Shown here: positions 1-9,581 of the stretch, one piece after another
Layout of the letters: every line of letters begins with the position of its first letter
How positions within the stretch are numbered: position 1 is the stretch's first letter
Source: an uncultured Gemmatimonadaceae bacterium
GTDB taxonomy: Bacteria; Gemmatimonadota; Gemmatimonadetes; Gemmatimonadales; Gemmatimonadaceae
DNA: 64,000 nucleotides
Direction: 5' to 3'
NCBI GenBank assembly: GCA_966096095.1
Contig: CBHTUR010000018.1
Coordinates: forward strand, 20,271 to 84,270
The notes under the pieces: model-generated
The model's input: only the letters and a program-made list of their open reading frames with translations
The model's database searches: none
What the model was told of the DNA's origin: nothing
Program-made: the position numbers and the translations under genes

Positions 1-811
1 GCAGCAATCGCACCGGACATCCGAGGTGCAGTGTGCTGAGCAGCGAGGCCTCCAGCGCATCGGTCAGCGTCTGCATTCCGTCGACAAACGAAATCAGTCG
101 AGTGCCCGCCGCAGGCGCTTCGCCGTCTGCGTTTGCCGCCACTGATCCATCGGGCGCGCGTGCCGAACGGCGCTGCACCATCAACCCCTTCGACAGCGAA
201 CCGAACTCACGCTCCAGCGCGTACACGCGCGGAAAGGCGTGCGCCATTGAGAGCATTTCCGTATCGCCCGCGAAGATCCCTGAAATGAACGGGTCCACCG
301 CGTAGTCCAGCACTTCGTGTCCAAGACGACGGCGAACGAAAGCGGCGATCGATTCATCGGTCCCGTCCACGCCGCGGCGAACCAGCGGTTCAAGCAGCAC
401 CCGCAGCTTTGCCTTGAACGAGAAGAGTCGCGTGCCGAGCATACTCGGCGGCGTGAGCGGAAACGGCATCAGCTGTCCGTCGCGCACGACGAACCGGCGA
501 TTGGCCGACGGATTGGCTTCCACGACGTCGTCGTGCAGATCCAACTGCGTGAGCAACTGCTCCACTGCCGCCGATGTCACGAAGGAGTTGGGGCCATGCT
601 CCGCCAAAAAGCCGCGCTCGTGTGACGTACGAATCGCGCCGCCGGTATGATCGCTCGACTCGAACAGCATGACGTTGAGTCCACGCCGCCGCAGTTCGTA
701 CGCGGCCACCAGTCCCGTTACACCAGCACCTACCACGGCTACCGAGCGGCTGCCGCTCCGATCGGGTTCAGCGTCGGCCGAACTGTCGCGACGATCGGAC
801 ATGACCCGCAT
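1..811 (-). CDS. hemY: Protoporphyrinogen oxidase (HemY/HemG, FAD-dependent), 5' part; runs off the left edge
   Basis: Missing from the ORF track; translated by hand. MRVMSDRR...SVAVVGAGVTGLVAAYELRRRG (dinucleotide-binding motif), GGAIRT..E.GPNSF, ESIAAFVRRRLGHEVLDYAVDPFISGIFAGD. Start is ATG 811 or 802, just after the hemF stop. Confidence 0.9.
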   Translation of the reverse strand, partial: MRVMSDRRDSSADAEPDRSGSRSVAVVGAGVTGLVAAYELRRRGLNVMLFESSDHTGGAIRTSHERGFLAEHGPNSFVTSAAVEQLLTQLDLHDDVVEANPSANRRFVVRDGQLMPFPLTPPSMLGTRLFSFKAKLRVLLEPLVRRGVDGTDESIAAFVRRRLGHEVLDYAVDPFISGIFAGDTEMLSMAHAFPRVYALEREFGSLSKGLMVQRRSARAPDGSVAANADGEAPAAGTRLISFVDGMQTLTDALEASLLSTLHLGCPVRLL

Positions 812-814
812 GAC

Positions 815-1816
815 TCACACTCCGGCGCCTACCGACGCCCAGTCGCGGGGAACGAGCATCCCGATCAGTTTCGCTTCAAACGAACCGGGTGCGTAGCGCG
901 GGGCATAGTGCCACGCTGCCAATGGGGGAAGACTCATCAACACGCTTTCGACGCGCGCGTTCGTTTGCAAGCCGAAAATCGTGCCGCGATCGTGCACGAG
1001 ATTGAATTCCACGTAGCGACCGCGACGAACCAGTTGGAATTCACGTTCGGCAGCGCTGAAGCTCTCCTCGCGACGACGATCTACGATCGGCTCATACGCG
1101 TGCCGCAGCACGCGCGCGACATCGGTGACGAACGCCGCGACCTGCTCGTGCGTGAGGTCGTCGCGCGAATCGTCGGAGCGCAGGTGATCAAAAAAGATGC
1201 CGCCGATGCCGCGTGCTTCGTTTTCGCGGTGCGTGTTCACGAAGTATTCGTCGCACCACCGCTTGAAGTCGGGATAGAATCGCGCGTGATGCTTGTCGCA
1301 CATCGCCTTGAGCGCGTGATGAAACCCGGCGGCGTCGTCCTCGTGCGGGTAGAACGGCGTGAGATCGGTGCCGCCGCCGAACCAACTGTCGGTCAGATTC
1401 CCGGCTTCATCCGTCAGTTCGAAGTAGCGCACGTTGAGGTGAACCGTTGGCACCTTCGGGCTGCGCGGATGCACCACGAGACTCACGCCGGTCGCGAAAA
1501 AATGCGTCGCCCCGGCCGCTGCACCTCGTCCGCCAAGGCGGCGCGCCGCGAGCTCCGGCAGTTCGCCCATCACGGCCGAGCGATTAATGCCGGCCTTTTC
1601 GAAGGTGATGCCATCCGTCATCACGCGCGCCACGCCACCACCGCCGCCCGGACGTTCCCACCGGTCCTCGATGAAGGTGCCGCCGCGGTCGAGCCGCCCG
1701 AAGAACGATGTGAGCTCGTCATGCAGGCCGGCGATCCAGCGGGTCGCTTCCGCGCGACGAGAGATCTGGGAGGTCAATGGGGCGGGGCGATCGAGGGGAA
1801 ATACGGCGGCGCTCAT
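815..1816 (-). CDS. hemF: Oxygen-dependent coproporphyrinogen III oxidase
   Basis: W.RPGGGGG, FEKAG, VHLNVRYF, WFGGGTDLTP, RGIGGIFFD, RRGRYVEFNL.HDRGT.FGL, ESVLMSLPP motifs; TGATG overlap with hemE. Confidence 0.95.
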   Translation of the reverse strand: MSAAVFPLDRPAPLTSQISRRAEATRWIAGLHDELTSFFGRLDRGGTFIEDRWERPGGGGGVARVMTDGITFEKAGINRSAVMGELPELAARRLGGRGAAAGATHFFATGVSLVVHPRSPKVPTVHLNVRYFELTDEAGNLTDSWFGGGTDLTPFYPHEDDAAGFHHALKAMCDKHHARFYPDFKRWCDEYFVNTHRENEARGIGGIFFDHLRSDDSRDDLTHEQVAAFVTDVARVLRHAYEPIVDRRREESFSAAEREFQLVRRGRYVEFNLVHDRGTIFGLQTNARVESVLMSLPPLAAWHYAPRYAPGSFEAKLIGMLVPRDWASVGAGV

Positions 1817-2964
1817 CAGACCCCCACAAGTTGAGTGCGTGCAGCAGAACCGGAAGACATTCCGGCTGAAGTCGTGGCCGCAAACTCAGCCGCGCGACGC
1901 TGTGAATCCGCCACGCGTTCCTCTGTCCAGCGCCATTCTTTCACGGCGTCCACAAACGCGCGCGCGTGTGCCGGCTTCACGTCGGGCAGGATGCCGTGAC
2001 CGAGGTTCGCGATGTGTCCCTTGGGTCCGAAGTCGGCAATCATAGTGTGCGTGCGCCGGCGAATTTCATCGGGCGACGCGTATAACGCGCACGGATCCAG
2101 ATTGCCCTGCATGGCCACCTTCTGGCCGGCGCACATGTGCCGCGCCGCCAAGGCTGACGAGTGCCAATCGACACCAACGCACGCCGCTTGCGTGGCCTCG
2201 GCGATCTCCCGCAACGCCCATCCCGCACCCGGGGCGAAGACAATCAGCGGCACGCCGGACGGACGGACGCGCGCAGCGATGCGCGCGAGGTAGGGCAGTG
2301 AATAGGTGCGGAACTCTTCTGGCCCCAGCGAGCCGCCCCACGACTCAAAGAGTTGCACGACCTGCGCGCCGGCCGCGATCTGCGCGAGCAGAAAATCGCC
2401 CACCGCCGTCGCGAGTTTGTCGAGCAGCGAGTGCGCGAGTGTCGGCTGTTCAAATAGCATGCGCTTGGCCAGCGCGAACTGTTTGGTGCCTTTCCCTTCA
2501 ATCATGTACGCGGCCAGCGTCCACGGCGCACCCGCAAAGCCAATCAGTGGCACCCGATTGTTGAGTTCTCGACGCGCCAGACGAATGGCGTTGAGCATGT
2601 ACGCCAGGCTCTCCTCGGGATCGACGGCGCGCAGCGTTTCCAAGTCGGCTGCCGAGCGGATCGGCGACGGGAACTGCGGACCGACTCCCTCATCGAGCGT
2701 CAGGTGCATCCCCATCGCCTCGGGAATGACCAGAATGTCACTGAAAATGATCGCCGCGTCGACTCCAACGAGATCGATCGGCTGCAGTGTCACTTCGACC
2801 GCCAGCTCCGGCGTGCGGCACATGGTGAGGAAGTCGGACTTCGCGCGCACAGCGCGGTACTCAGGCAAGTAACGACCGGCCTGCCGCATCATCCATACCG
2901 GCGGCCGATCAACAGTCTCGCCGCGCAGGGCACGTAACAGCAGGTCGTTTACAGGGGTGTTCAC
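1816..2964 (-). CDS. hemE: Uroporphyrinogen decarboxylase
   Basis: PPVWMMRQAGRYLPEY, DAAIIFSDIL, LIGFAGAPWTL, QGNLDP, NLGHGILP. Confidence 0.96.
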   Translation of the reverse strand: MNTPVNDLLLRALRGETVDRPPVWMMRQAGRYLPEYRAVRAKSDFLTMCRTPELAVEVTLQPIDLVGVDAAIIFSDILVIPEAMGMHLTLDEGVGPQFPSPIRSAADLETLRAVDPEESLAYMLNAIRLARRELNNRVPLIGFAGAPWTLAAYMIEGKGTKQFALAKRMLFEQPTLAHSLLDKLATAVGDFLLAQIAAGAQVVQLFESWGGSLGPEEFRTYSLPYLARIAARVRPSGVPLIVFAPGAGWALREIAEATQAACVGVDWHSSALAARHMCAGQKVAMQGNLDPCALYASPDEIRRRTHTMIADFGPKGHIANLGHGILPDVKPAHARAFVDAVKEWRWTEERVADSQRRAAEFAATTSAGMSSGSAARTQLVGV

Positions 2965-3005
2965 AGAAACCGTCGTCAGAATGCCCCGAAACGGGGCGGA
3001 GATAA

Positions 3006-4463
3006 TCAGGAGAACTGCTCGCGCAGCGTTCCGAGTCCGGGTGCGCTTTCACGAGTAGCCGCGGGCCGCAGCGGACGATCGGCAAGTGTCCGGTCGGGCG
3101 TCGTGCGTTCCACCACGCGCTCCGTCGGTCGATCCGTCGTCCGCTCACCTGAACGATCTACTACCCGTGCACCCGCTCGTCCACCTCGCGTCCCGCGTCC
3201 GCCTTCGGATACGGTCGGCGCGAACATCTCAAACAGCATCATCGCTTGGGCATCGAGCGGTTCACCACGCTGGACAGCTTTGCGCAGTGCCGCCATTGGT
3301 CCCGCCAAGAGCTTGGCCACGATTCGCGACGCCGCGCGCTCGGCGACCTGTTCGTCCCCCGCCGCAAACGCAACCTCACGACGCGCCACGCCCTGAAGCG
3401 CGTCGCGCAACGGCTTGATCGCGTGGCGGGCGGGCATCGTTGCCAGCCATTCCATGAAGGCCGCGATTTCGTCTTCGCAAATGCGACTCGCCACCGGAAT
3501 CGCGTCGCGACGCATCTCCTCCGCGTCGAGAACTGGCTGATGCAACGTGTCCAGATCAATCAGCGTCACACCAGTTTGATGCTGGACGCGCGGATCGATA
3601 TTGCGCGGTACTCCCAAATCCATCAGCAGCAACGCATATCCGGACGACGCGCACGCCTCGCGTGCATGGCGTAGCGCGGCGTCGGTGAGTACGGGCGCTT
3701 CGCTCGCGGTGGCGATGATTACGACGTCGGCCATGGCCGATTCGATATGCACCGCGTCCATCGGCGCCGCGCGACCGCCCACATACTTCGCCAGCTGCTG
3801 CGCACGTTCAAATGTGCGATTCACGATCACCAAATCGCGCGCGCCAAGCTTGTGCAACTGCTTCGCCGCGCGCGTTCCCGTCTTTCCGGCACCGACCACC
3901 ACGCAGCGGGCGTTCTGCAGGTTGCCAAATCGTTGCGACGCCGTGACCGCGGCCTCGGCACCCACCGAATTGCGCCCGGCCGAGAGCGACGTTTCTGTCG
4001 TCACCCGTTTGCCGGCCCGCAACGCCGTCTCAAACAGACGGTGCAGCACTGGCCCGGCCGCGTGGCCATGCGAGGCGCGCTTGTAGGCGGTGCGGAGCTG
4101 TCCGAGAATTTGTCCGTCGCCCAACACCTGCGATTCCAGTCCGGACGCGATGCGCACCACATGACGCGCCGCGTGTTCGCCAAAGCGTTGTGTGGCGGTG
4201 TGCAGCAGTGCGTCACCCTCGGCGCGGGTGCGCATCCAGCGTCGCGCCAGCGAGTGCACCGCGCGCTCCACCACCTTCATGTCATCGCTGTCGACCCAGG
4301 CGTAGAGCTCGGTGCGATTGCACGTGGCAATCAGCGCCGCCTCGGTCACGATTTCACTGCGTGCCGTGCGGTACAGCTGCGCGAGGCGTTCATCAGACAG
4401 ATGAAAGCGCTCCCGCGTCGCGACGTCGGCGAGCCGGAAATCGATCGCAATCGAGATCAGCAT
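3006..4463 (-). CDS. hemA: Glutamyl-tRNA reductase with a low-complexity C-terminal tail
   Basis: TCNRTE catalytic motif, ASGLESQVLGDGQILGQ, VVGAGKTG NADPH site, NRT.ERA, DLGVPRNIDP. Confidence 0.92.
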   Translation of the reverse strand: MLISIAIDFRLADVATRERFHLSDERLAQLYRTARSEIVTEAALIATCNRTELYAWVDSDDMKVVERAVHSLARRWMRTRAEGDALLHTATQRFGEHAARHVVRIASGLESQVLGDGQILGQLRTAYKRASHGHAAGPVLHRLFETALRAGKRVTTETSLSAGRNSVGAEAAVTASQRFGNLQNARCVVVGAGKTGTRAAKQLHKLGARDLVIVNRTFERAQQLAKYVGGRAAPMDAVHIESAMADVVIIATASEAPVLTDAALRHAREACASSGYALLLMDLGVPRNIDPRVQHQTGVTLIDLDTLHQPVLDAEEMRRDAIPVASRICEDEIAAFMEWLATMPARHAIKPLRDALQGVARREVAFAAGDEQVAERAASRIVAKLLAGPMAALRKAVQRGEPLDAQAMMLFEMFAPTVSEGGRGTRGGRAGARVVDRSGERTTDRPTERVVERTTPDRTLADRPLRPAATRESAPGLGTLREQFS

Positions 4464-4488
4464 GTGCGGTCGGACTGAGACAAAAGGC

Positions 4489-5742
4489 TCACGCGGTCGC
4501 CAGACCGGTGAGATGCGCGAGATTCTTGAAGAAGATGCGGACGTGCGCCAACGGTTTCGCCTTCACCAGCTGCTTGTTCATGTATCCGTCGAACGTGAGC
4601 TGCTGAACATCCTTGTCGCGACAGATCGCAACGAAGCGCTCACGCCGGTTGTCGTTGCTGTACCAGAAGTTCTGCATGATGTCGAGCACGGCGAACACTT
4701 GGCCGTGCGCTTTCATGAATTTCTTGCGTGCCGTGCGCAGCTGACGCGCATCACCGCTCAGCAATGCTTCGCGGACCGCTTGCGCCGCAAACCGGCCGCC
4801 CGTCATCGCGTAAAAAATTCCCTCTCCGCTCGCTGGCGCGACGACACCCGCCGCATCGCCAGCGACAACTACATCGCGGCCGTTGTCCCACGTCGGCAAC
4901 GGCTTGATCGGAATCGGCGCACCTTCGCGCCGCAGTGTCTCAACCCGATCCAATCCCGTATCGTGACGCAACTTTGCCACCGCCTCTTTGAGTCCAAAAC
5001 CTTTCTGCAACGTGCCGGTACCTATACTTGTAGTCGCGCCGTGCGGAAAAACCCATGCGTAGAAATCCGGAGAGAGCGGCGCTTGGTAATAGACGTCGCA
5101 TCTCGCTGCACCGAAGTCCGCCTGTTCGTCAACCGGCGATTTCACTACCTCGTGGTAGGCGAATACATGACGCGCTTTGTGTGCGCCTGGAATGCACTGC
5201 CGTGCGACAGGCGAAAGCGCACCGTCGGCACCGATCACCATACGCGCGCGCAACGTGCGCGTGCTTCCCGAGCGCGACTTGCCATCGGTGTAGGTGATGA
5301 CCGGCGTTCCCGACGCATCGCGATCGAACTGAGTGAACGTTCCGGTGCGACGCTCCGCGCCCGCCGATGCGGCGCGCTGGCGCAGCCACTCGTCGAACAC
5401 ATCGCGATCGACCATGCCCACAAAACCGTCGCCCACCGGAATGTCAACGCGACGCCATTTCGGTGAGATGATGCGTGCGGTGTCGATGTGAGCCACCAGC
5501 ATCGACTCCGGAACGGCGAAATCACGCAGTAGTTGCGGTGGCACCGCACCACCGCATGGTTTGGTGCGGCCAGCACGGTCCAACAACACCACACGGTGTC
5601 CCGCGAGCGCGAGTTCGTGGGCCGCGGTGGCGCCGGCCGGGCCGCCACCTATCACGGCGACGTCGTAGATCATCTGGTCTCGCAGTTCCACCGCGATCTC
5701 GCGCGGAGTTTCACGATCGCCTGGGGTACCCGACACACTCAT
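4489..5742 (-). CDS. bchP: Geranylgeranyl reductase
   Basis: YDVAVIGGGPAG, KPCGGAVP, GDAAGVVAPASGEGIFYAM, DKDVQQLTFDGYMNK. The ORF track extends to 6090; the likely start is ATG 5742 (or 5673). Confidence 0.94.
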   Translation of the reverse strand: MSVSGTPGDRETPREIAVELRDQMIYDVAVIGGGPAGATAAHELALAGHRVVLLDRAGRTKPCGGAVPPQLLRDFAVPESMLVAHIDTARIISPKWRRVDIPVGDGFVGMVDRDVFDEWLRQRAASAGAERRTGTFTQFDRDASGTPVITYTDGKSRSGSTRTLRARMVIGADGALSPVARQCIPGAHKARHVFAYHEVVKSPVDEQADFGAARCDVYYQAPLSPDFYAWVFPHGATTSIGTGTLQKGFGLKEAVAKLRHDTGLDRVETLRREGAPIPIKPLPTWDNGRDVVVAGDAAGVVAPASGEGIFYAMTGGRFAAQAVREALLSGDARQLRTARKKFMKAHGQVFAVLDIMQNFWYSNDNRRERFVAICRDKDVQQLTFDGYMNKQLVKAKPLAHVRIFFKNLAHLTGLATA

Positions 5743-5824
5743 GGCTGCCTCTCCACGAAAGTCGCCGCGGACAAACGCATCGCGGCAAGTGCACACGAAA
5801 GCACAACGCGAGAACGAGCGACGG

Positions 5825-7138
5825 TCATGACTGAAGCACCGCCGGCAACAAATCGGCGCGCGCGCGCAACACGACGCCGGCTCGATCAGCCGACGCACTG
5901 CGCAACGCATAAACCGCCGCGATGGCGAAAAGCACCGCCTCGACAGCGAACACGGCCAGGTATCCGCGCACCGGCGAATGCAACACCGCACGGGCGAGAT
6001 CCACACCGGCAGCACCAGACACAGTACCGAGTGCATACGCCGTCGCCTGTGCCGCGCCAAACACGCCCAGTCGCAATCCGGCGCGTCCATCTTTGCGGTC
6101 GCCAGTCAACGCCATCATTGAACCGATCGCACCGATGGCGAACACGCCATTCGCCACGCCGAGCAGTGGCACCGCCAAGCGGAACAGCCGAACATCGCCA
6201 AGCGCGGGCGTGAGCGTCAGCAACACGTACATCGCCGCCGAGGCCACACAGCCCGCCGCGGCCCAATGACGCAGTTGGCCGCTACGCGTCGCGATGATCG
6301 CGGTGAGCACCATGCCGACCAGCACTCCGCCGTGCTGGGTGCCGCTGAGACGCGTGCTTTCACCTGGCGTCATACCAAACGCGATGCCGGCGAAGGGTTC
6401 GAGAATCAGATCCTGCGCGCTGTAGGCGAGCATCGCGAGAAACACGAAGCCTGCAAAGCGACGCGCGGCTGGTTCTTGCCAGACGGCGCGAAGTGACGCG
6501 ACGAAGCTCGGCGATGTCCTCGCGTTCGCGGGCGGCGCGACAACGATCGCCGCTCTTTCGATGCCGAGCGTCGCGAGCACCGCTACCGCCACGCCCACCA
6601 CACCGACGCCCGCCGCAATCGCGATCAGGCGCGAGAAGGAGAACGGATCGAGCAAGGCGCCAGACACACCCGCGGTGATGATGATGCCGACGATCATCAG
6701 GATCCACGTGATCGCTGCCGCGCCCGCTCGCTGCGAAGACGCGGTGCGTTCACTCATGAGCGCCAGCAGCGGCGTGCCGGCTGCGCTGACGCCGGCGCCC
6801 AGCACCGTACTCGCCACCGCTGCACTCACGACCCCAAGCACGACGTTCGTGCGCATCAGCGGCAAACTGACGGCGACGCCGACGCCCGCGAACGCGCACA
6901 CCACCAATCCGCCCACGATCCAAGGCGTGCGTCGGCGACTCCGATCACTGTCGTGGCCCAGCCGAGGGCGCAGCACCAACTGCACGCCAAAGTGCAGCGC
7001 CACCAGCAGCCCGGGAATCGTCGCCGGCATGCCGAGTTCCACCACGATCACGCGATTGATGGTCGTGGTAAGCAACACCACCACGGCGCCGATGGCCGCC
7101 TGGACCAATCCCAATCGCGTGAGTTGCCACCAGTTCAT
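5825..7138 (-). CDS. pucC: PucC/BCD-family MFS protein (bch2-like)
   Basis: RLGLVQAAIG, NRVIVVELGMPA, SDRSRRRTPWI, QDLILEPFAG; lies between bchG and bchP. Confidence 0.88.
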   Translation of the reverse strand: MNWWQLTRLGLVQAAIGAVVVLLTTTINRVIVVELGMPATIPGLLVALHFGVQLVLRPRLGHDSDRSRRRTPWIVGGLVVCAFAGVGVAVSLPLMRTNVVLGVVSAAVASTVLGAGVSAAGTPLLALMSERTASSQRAGAAAITWILMIVGIIITAGVSGALLDPFSFSRLIAIAAGVGVVGVAVAVLATLGIERAAIVVAPPANARTSPSFVASLRAVWQEPAARRFAGFVFLAMLAYSAQDLILEPFAGIAFGMTPGESTRLSGTQHGGVLVGMVLTAIIATRSGQLRHWAAAGCVASAAMYVLLTLTPALGDVRLFRLAVPLLGVANGVFAIGAIGSMMALTGDRKDGRAGLRLGVFGAAQATAYALGTVSGAAGVDLARAVLHSPVRGYLAVFAVEAVLFAIAAVYALRSASADRAGVVLRARADLLPAVLQS

Positions 7139-8070
7139 TTGAGCGCCTCACGGAATAGGTCGACCATCGGTGTTGAACGCACAGCGAACGCGGCAATCAT
7201 CATCCCAGCGACATAGAAGGGAACACCGAGGGCGCTCAACCACAGGGCGCGTTCGCGCGGCGCCGCTAGGAAGCGCCACATCATCAGCGCTTGCACCACG
7301 GTCAGCGCACCAATCGCGATCGCGTGAGTGGGGCGTCCCCAATGCGTGAGCAGCGCGATCACCACGAATTGGGCGGCGAGCATGACCGCGGACGCGACAC
7401 GTGCGGCGGCGCGCGGTCCAAGCAACACTGGCAACGAGCGCACGCCCATGCGGCGATCACCGTCAATCGCCTTGAAGTCATTGAGCGTCAGAATGCCATG
7501 GGCACCGATGCTGTAGAGCGCCGCCAGAACAAGAATCGGCGTTGGCGGCACCCGGGCGCCGAGCATGAGGCCGGCCCCCGTGATCCAGGCCAGTCCTTCG
7601 TAGGTAATGCCGACCGCTGAGTTGCCGATCCAACCGTTCTGCTTGAATCGCAGTGGCGGCGCGCTGTAAGCCCAGGAGAAGGCCAGGGCGACGCCAACGG
7701 CGAGCACGCCAAAGACACCCAGCGGAATCGCGGCAACGAGCGAAAGCGCCGTCCAAAAAATCGCGATACCCAATCCCCATCGTCCTGGAATGCGGCCCGA
7801 GGGAATGGGACGGTGCGGTTCGTTGATCGCGTCAACGTGTCGATCGAACCAGTCATTAACAGCCTGACTGGAGGCGCAGACCAACGGACCTGTGATCAGG
7901 ATGCCAAGCGCCACCATGCTGAGCCGATCGGTCAGCGACACGCCGGCGGAGATCGCACCGCACGTGAACGCCCACATCGGCGGGAACCAGGTGACGGGCT
8001 TGAGCAGGGTCAAGACCGCACGCGGATCCGGACGGGTCGGCGAGGACTGTAAAACGGAGCTGACGCTCAT
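7135..8070 (-). CDS. bchG: Bacteriochlorophyll synthase
   Basis: LLKPVTWFPPMWAF, QAVNDWFDRHVDAINEPHRPIPSGR, YSAPPLRFKQNGW, LNDFKAIDGD. Confidence 0.96.
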   Translation of the reverse strand: MSVSSVLQSSPTRPDPRAVLTLLKPVTWFPPMWAFTCGAISAGVSLTDRLSMVALGILITGPLVCASSQAVNDWFDRHVDAINEPHRPIPSGRIPGRWGLGIAIFWTALSLVAAIPLGVFGVLAVGVALAFSWAYSAPPLRFKQNGWIGNSAVGITYEGLAWITGAGLMLGARVPPTPILVLAALYSIGAHGILTLNDFKAIDGDRRMGVRSLPVLLGPRAAARVASAVMLAAQFVVIALLTHWGRPTHAIAIGALTVVQALMMWRFLAAPRERALWLSALGVPFYVAGMMIAAFAVRSTPMVDLFREALK

Positions 8071-8091
8071 AGGCGTCTAGTTTAGTTTACA
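8048..8091. promoter_or_regulatory. Pair of degenerate PpsR boxes at the bchG start
   Basis: TGTAAAACGGAGCTGACG (8048-8065) and CGTCTAGTTTAGTTTACA (8074-8091), 8 bp apart, in an AT-rich patch. Confidence 0.65.
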
Positions 8092-8141
8092 GTACCAAAA
8101 TGCGACAGAGTAAATTTTTGTCGCGGGGCGAACCGGATCGA

Positions 8142-9581
8142 TCAGTTCGCGGGGAGGTCGTCCCGGTCCGAGCCCGGCGCCACCAGTCGGTGTCTACGGA
8201 GCTTGACATACAGGCTCTGGCGGCTCACGCCCAGCACTTCGGCAGCCGACGTCCGATTGTCGTCCGTCAGTTCGAGGGCGGCTTCAATAAAGTGCCGCTC
8301 CACCAGGTCGATCGTGTCGCGAACCAGATCGCGAAGCGACACGCGTCCGACCAGCGAGGTCAATTCTTCAACGGCCCGGGTCAGGTCCCGCGCGCCCTGT
8401 GGGCCATTGGCCAAGCGACGTCCGATGTCGCGCAGGGTGAACCCAATGCAGGGCTCCTCACCCTCCGGTACCCAAACGGCCGATACCTCAACCTCGGTTT
8501 GCGTGCCGTGCGAGCCGCGGGCGGACGTCGCAATGAGGCGAACCGCACCGTTCTTCCGGAGCATCGACAAAAACACCGGGAAGTCCGCACCCGGTCGGCC
8601 GATGTAGCTCGAAAGCAATGTGCCGCGCACCTGCTCCGAACTCGCCAGCTCGGTGATATCGAGAAACGCCCGGTTGGCCGACACGATATGACCTTCCAGA
8701 TCGGTGATCACGAACGCGTCGGGCGATCGCTCAATCAGGTCGGCCATGCGCAACGGCGATTCCGCCTGCCCATCAGACGTTCCACTATCGGTCGCACTGA
8801 AGCGCATCAGCAGCAGTGTCGCGGCTTCTTGTCTGAAGCAGGAAGCCGAGAGATGTAGTCGGCGCCGCGAGTCCTTCATGCTGACCGTGATATCGCCGGC
8901 GCGCCCCGCACTGCGCGCGCTCGCGATCAACTCTTCCACCGCGCTCACGCTCTCGGCGTCGAGGCCGAACGGAAACGTGCGACCGATGATCCGCTCCGAT
9001 GGCTCGCCAAACATTTGGGCCGACGCCGTATTGGCGTCGAGCACGCGCAGGTTCGACGCGTCGACCACCAGAATACCGTCGGAGGCGAGCTGGAAGAGCA
9101 GGCGATAGCGCGTTTCGACATGGCGCAGACGCCAGTAGTCGCGCTCCATCGATTGCTGTGCTTCAACGAGTCGCTGCTGTAACGCCGACACGTGCCGCAT
9201 GTCGCGCCCAACGGCAACGACGTTACCGCTCCGGCCAATACGCAGCGCCGTGTAGGCGACCGGTACATCTGCGCCATCGGTCAACGCATGGTTGACCTGC
9301 CGTCGCTTTGACATCCCACTGGCGGCCGCTTCCCTCAGCAGCGCTTCGACCTTCGGCCGCGTCTCCGACGTCACTGTATCGAGAAACGAGCGCCCGACCC
9401 AGTTGGACGAAGCCTCGAGCTGCGTCTCGCCCGGCTGCAGGGCGACGTCACGCACTATTCCGTTGGCATCAATGACAAGCGCGATATCTCCGCCAACCGC
9501 GAGCAGGGTGGCGGCAGTGCCGGCATCCAGCGAAGCGAACGCTGGTTCAGTCGCGTCGAACGGCTTCACGGAACTCGCCAT
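8142..9581 (-). CDS. ppsR: Transcriptional regulator PpsR/CrtJ (PAS domains plus Fis-type HTH)
   Basis: GGDIALVIDANGIVRDV, QQRLVEAQQSMERDYWRLR..ETRYRLLF, AAEVLGVSRQSLYVKLRRH. Confidence 0.95.
   Translation of the reverse strand: MASSVKPFDATEPAFASLDAGTAATLLAVGGDIALVIDANGIVRDVALQPGETQLEASSNWVGRSFLDTVTSETRPKVEALLREAAASGMSKRRQVNHALTDGADVPVAYTALRIGRSGNVVAVGRDMRHVSALQQRLVEAQQSMERDYWRLRHVETRYRLLFQLASDGILVVDASNLRVLDANTASAQMFGEPSERIIGRTFPFGLDAESVSAVEELIASARSAGRAGDITVSMKDSRRRLHLSASCFRQEAATLLLMRFSATDSGTSDGQAESPLRMADLIERSPDAFVITDLEGHIVSANRAFLDITELASSEQVRGTLLSSYIGRPGADFPVFLSMLRKNGAVRLIATSARGSHGTQTEVEVSAVWVPEGEEPCIGFTLRDIGRRLANGPQGARDLTRAVEELTSLVGRVSLRDLVRDTIDLVERHFIEAALELTDDNRTSAAEVLGVSRQSLYVKLRRHRLVAPGSDRDDLPAN

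Noticed and set aside
647-1834. 395-aa plus-strand ORF, and many similar long antisense or alternate-frame ORFs (e.g. 14062-15333, 15553-16791, 25764-26945, 54932-56608)
   Set aside because: Shadows of well-supported genes in high-GC DNA; Arg/Ala-rich with no recognisable motifs.
2983-2997. Small GCCCCG-aaa-CGGGGC hairpin between hemA and hemE, and a 6-bp hairpin at 28460-28479
   Set aside because: Too short to distinguish from background in high-GC DNA.
4489-6090. ORF-track N-terminal extensions (bchP, bchN, bchI, pufL, bchX, permeases P3, P4, P6)
   Set aside because: They overlap neighbouring genes; homology and stop/start coupling support the shorter starts listed.
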